Positions 61,798-64,000 of a stretch of DNA of 64,000 nt are shown here, in pieces (within the stretch, counting starts at the first letter, position 1; each line of letters starts with the position of its first letter). Under the pieces are notes generated by a model. It saw only the letters and a program-made list of their open reading frames with translations, was not told where the DNA came from and did not search any database. The position numbers and the translations under genes were made by a program. Location: contig CAWCDV010000018.1 of the NCBI GenBank assembly GCA_963794365.1, positions 20,374-84,373 of the forward strand, read 5' to 3'. Source of the DNA: an uncultured Acidobacteriaceae bacterium. Lineage in GTDB: Bacteria > Acidobacteriota > Terriglobia > Terriglobales > Acidobacteriaceae.

Positions 61798-63091
61798 GTG
61801 AGCCGAGCAACAGACCACGAACGATCAGGTTGACACGCTGGCCCGGGTCGAGGGCGAAGGCGCGCTTTACGTCAAGTTGAAGGGCAATCAGGTGCAGGAC
61901 GTAAAGCTGAAGATCTACGAGCCTCCGCGTTTCTTCGAAGCCTTTCTCCGGGGGCGGCATTCTCGGAGGTCCCCGACATCGTGGCCCGCATCTGCGGAAT
62001 TTGTCCCATCGCGTATCAGATGAGCGCGGTCCACGCATCGAGGAGGCTCTCGGTGTGAAATCGATCCTCGGTGCGGCTGCTGCGACGGCTGTTCTACTGC
62101 GGAGAATGGATCGAGAGCCATGCGCTCCATGTGTACATGCTGCATGCGCCGGATTTCCTCGGCTATCCCGACGCCATCGCGATGGCGCGTGACCATCCGG
62201 CGTCGTTGGAGCAGGGCCTGCGCCTGAAAAAGGCCGGCAACCGCATCGTGGCCTTGATGGGCGGGCGGGAAATTCATCCCGTTTCCGCGGCGGTGGGCGG
62301 ATTTTACAAAGCTCCCTCCAAGAGCGCACTCGAAGACCTGGAGGAGGAACTGAAATGGGCGCTCGACGCCTCGCTCGCGACCGCTAGCTGGTCGCAGGGT
62401 TCGACTTTCCTGATTTCGAGCAGGATTACGAATTTGTCTCGCTCTCCCACCCGGAAGAGTATCCGTTCAACGAAGGCCGCGTCGTATCCAATCGCGGGCT
62501 TGATATTGAGCGTCTGCGTACGAGGAAAATTTCACCGAGCAGCATGTGCAGCACTCGAACGCGCTGCATTCGGTCCTGCGGGGCCGCGGTTCCTATATGG
62601 TCGGCCCCATGGCCCGCTTCAATCTGAACTTCGACAAGCTGCCGGACGTCGCCCAACAGGCGGCACGCGAATGTGGACTTCAGGCGCCGTGCCGCAATCC
62701 CTTCCGCAGTATCGTGGTAAGAGCGGTCGAGTTGGTATTTGCCTGCCACGAGGCACTGCGCGTGATCCGCGAATACGAGCCACCTCCTGCACCTCGCGCA
62801 CAGGCAACTGCGCGGGCCTCGACCGGGCACGCCGCCACCGAAGCGCCCCGGGGCCTTCTCTATCATCGCTACGTGATCGATCAGGACGGGCTCATCGTTT
62901 CTGCAAAGATTGTTCCCCCAACCTCGCAGAACCAGAAACGGATAGAGGACGATCTGTGGCACTTTGTCAGCCAGATTGCGACCCGGCCGGTCGAAGAGAT
63001 CACCTGGAAGTGTGAGCAGGCGGTGCGCAACTACGATCCCTGCATTTCTTGCGCGACCCACTTCCTCCGCCTGCATCTGGAGCGGGATTAG
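61798..63091 (+). pseudogene. NiFe hydrogenase large subunit (group 3b-like), frame-disrupted (at least 4 slips)
   Basis: [39 protein letters not shown], the N-terminal Ni-ligand motif [11 protein letters not shown] (about 61985-62015), and [23 protein letters not shown]...[17 protein letters not shown] (62071..63015). The C-terminal part is in 62546..63091 and ends ...NYDPCISCATHFLRLHLERD. Confidence 0.85.
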
Positions 63092-63093
63092 AC

Positions 63094-63614
63094 GTGACTT
63101 TCGCATCATCGGCTGCGGGAACATCGATCGCGGGGACGACGCGGCTGGTGTGCTGGTCGCGCGCCGCCTGCATGCACTTGGCGTCGAAACCCTTGGGGTC
63201 GAAGCCCCTGGTTTCGAAATCCCTGGTCTCGAAATAATAGAGCAAAGCGGCGAGAGCTTCTCGTTGATGGATTGTTGGATGGGCTCGGAGCGCGTCATTC
63301 TAGTGGACGCCACTGCCCCCAGCGGAACGCCCGGTCAAATTCGGGCATGGAACGCGCACGTCGACAGGTTGCCTGAAGATGTCCTCTCCTGTTCCACGCA
63401 TGCTTTCGGCGTGCGCGAGGCGGTCGAATTGGCGCGCGTCATGACCCGTTTGCCGCAAACCCTGCTGGTTTACGGCATTGAAGGCAAGCAGTTTTCCTTT
63501 GGTGCGCCACTCTCCCCGGAAGTCGAGCGCGCCGTGGAATCCGTGGCGCAGCAACTCCTTGAACTGGCCCGGACGATGACGGGTCCCGCCCAAGCTGCGT
63601 GGAACCATGCTTGA
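63094..63614 (+). pseudogene. Hydrogenase maturation endopeptidase (HyaD/HoxW/HycI family); start codon one frame off
   Basis: FRIIGCGNIDRGDDAAGVLVARRL...VILVDA...CSTHAFGV... is in ORF 62964..63614. The only nearby start, GTG 63094, is in another frame. Contains four in-frame 15-nt repeats at 63180-63239. Confidence 0.75.
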
Positions 63615-63790
63615 AATCACCCTCAGCCACCCCTTGCTTACGGACATGAAGTTGGATCAGACACCGGCGACATTGCGGAGCGCCACGCCGGGCCGTGTGC
63701 GGATTCGTCCCAGATGACGGGCTAAACGGAAGTTACGTTTTCAACGCGGACTCTCACGAAGCACGAGAGAGATTCGTGACTAACGAGTTC

Positions 63791-64000
63791 TTATCTCGTT
63801 GACGGGCCGCTAACGAACGGGCTGCCCGCTTCAAAGAAACGCAGCAGCCGGCCCACCTCGCGCGTGATGCCGATGCGCACAGTTGTGCTAATGTGCGCAG
63901 TCTCTCGAACCGCAGTCCCAAGCCAAATCGGACCATTGGCACACAGGTCAAGTCCGTCCAAGCGCTGGTCGATTTCCAATGCACCCGCAAGCCGTCCCGG
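63791..64000 (-). CDS. C-terminal fragment of a possible Crp/Fnr-type HTH regulator; gene continues beyond the window end
   Basis: My translation to the window edge gives GRLAGALEIDQRLDGLDLCANGPIWLGTAVRETAHISTTVRIGITREVGRLLRFFEAGSPFVSG-stop. The RLAGALLE... and T.E.V.R.L pattern loosely resembles Crp-family C-termini. Confidence 0.3.
   Translation of the reverse strand, partial: PGRLAGALEIDQRLDGLDLCANGPIWLGTAVRETAHISTTVRIGITREVGRLLRFFEAGSPFVSGPSTR

Overview
High-GC bacterial chromosome segment, roughly 60-65% GC by eye. The gene content and intergenic repeat families look Acidobacteriota-like, but that is inference only.

Content in order:
- modCBA molybdate transporter, UbiD-family decarboxylase, PilZ-PAS-GGDEF cyclase, VOC protein, Bcp, a geranylgeranyl-reductase-like gene and ErpA.
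- A type IV pilus block: pseudopilin-like gene, small gene, pilO, pilN, pilM, an inserted hicAB, pilB, pilC.
- lolA, a methyltransferase, and an ABC-2 exporter plus TPR membrane protein.
- Two pilin paralogues and two divergent TMTC-like TPR glycosyltransferases.
- PP2C phosphatase, radical SAM protein, a lower-GC sulfotransferase and two M16 peptidases.
- arsR-arsM-arsC-ACR3, a stand-alone LigD polymerase domain, DUF72 and tandem xerD-xerC.
- A lower-GC stretch with rmuC, 640 bp of gene-free DNA and mazEF.
- A degenerate HD-GYP membrane protein and an AMP-ligase/ACP/PlsC fusion.
- A tandem antitoxin array with one PIN toxin.
- secA, CYTH cyclase, xdhC and an MDR dehydrogenase.
- A low-GC islet with an orphan nuclease-like gene.
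- A solitary nuoB, then a group-3b-like NiFe hydrogenase cluster with a cNMP-binding module and maturation protease.

I found no rRNA, tRNA, CRISPR array, transposase or phage block.

Main caveat: about half of the recognisable genes are interrupted by +/-1 frame slips, because homology continues in a neighbouring frame. These are typed pseudogene and given envelope coordinates. They may be assembly indel errors rather than real decay.

No complete, clearly novel multi-gene system could be demonstrated from sequence alone. The best leads are:
- the low-GC orphan PD-(D/E)xK-like gene at 56.7-57.5 kb;
- the triple antitoxin array feeding one PIN toxin at 49.3-50.3 kb;
- the lower-GC rmuC/mazEF segment downstream of tandem xerD-xerC;
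- a limited vocabulary of short tandem repeats arranged as mirrored hairpin arms at gene boundaries.
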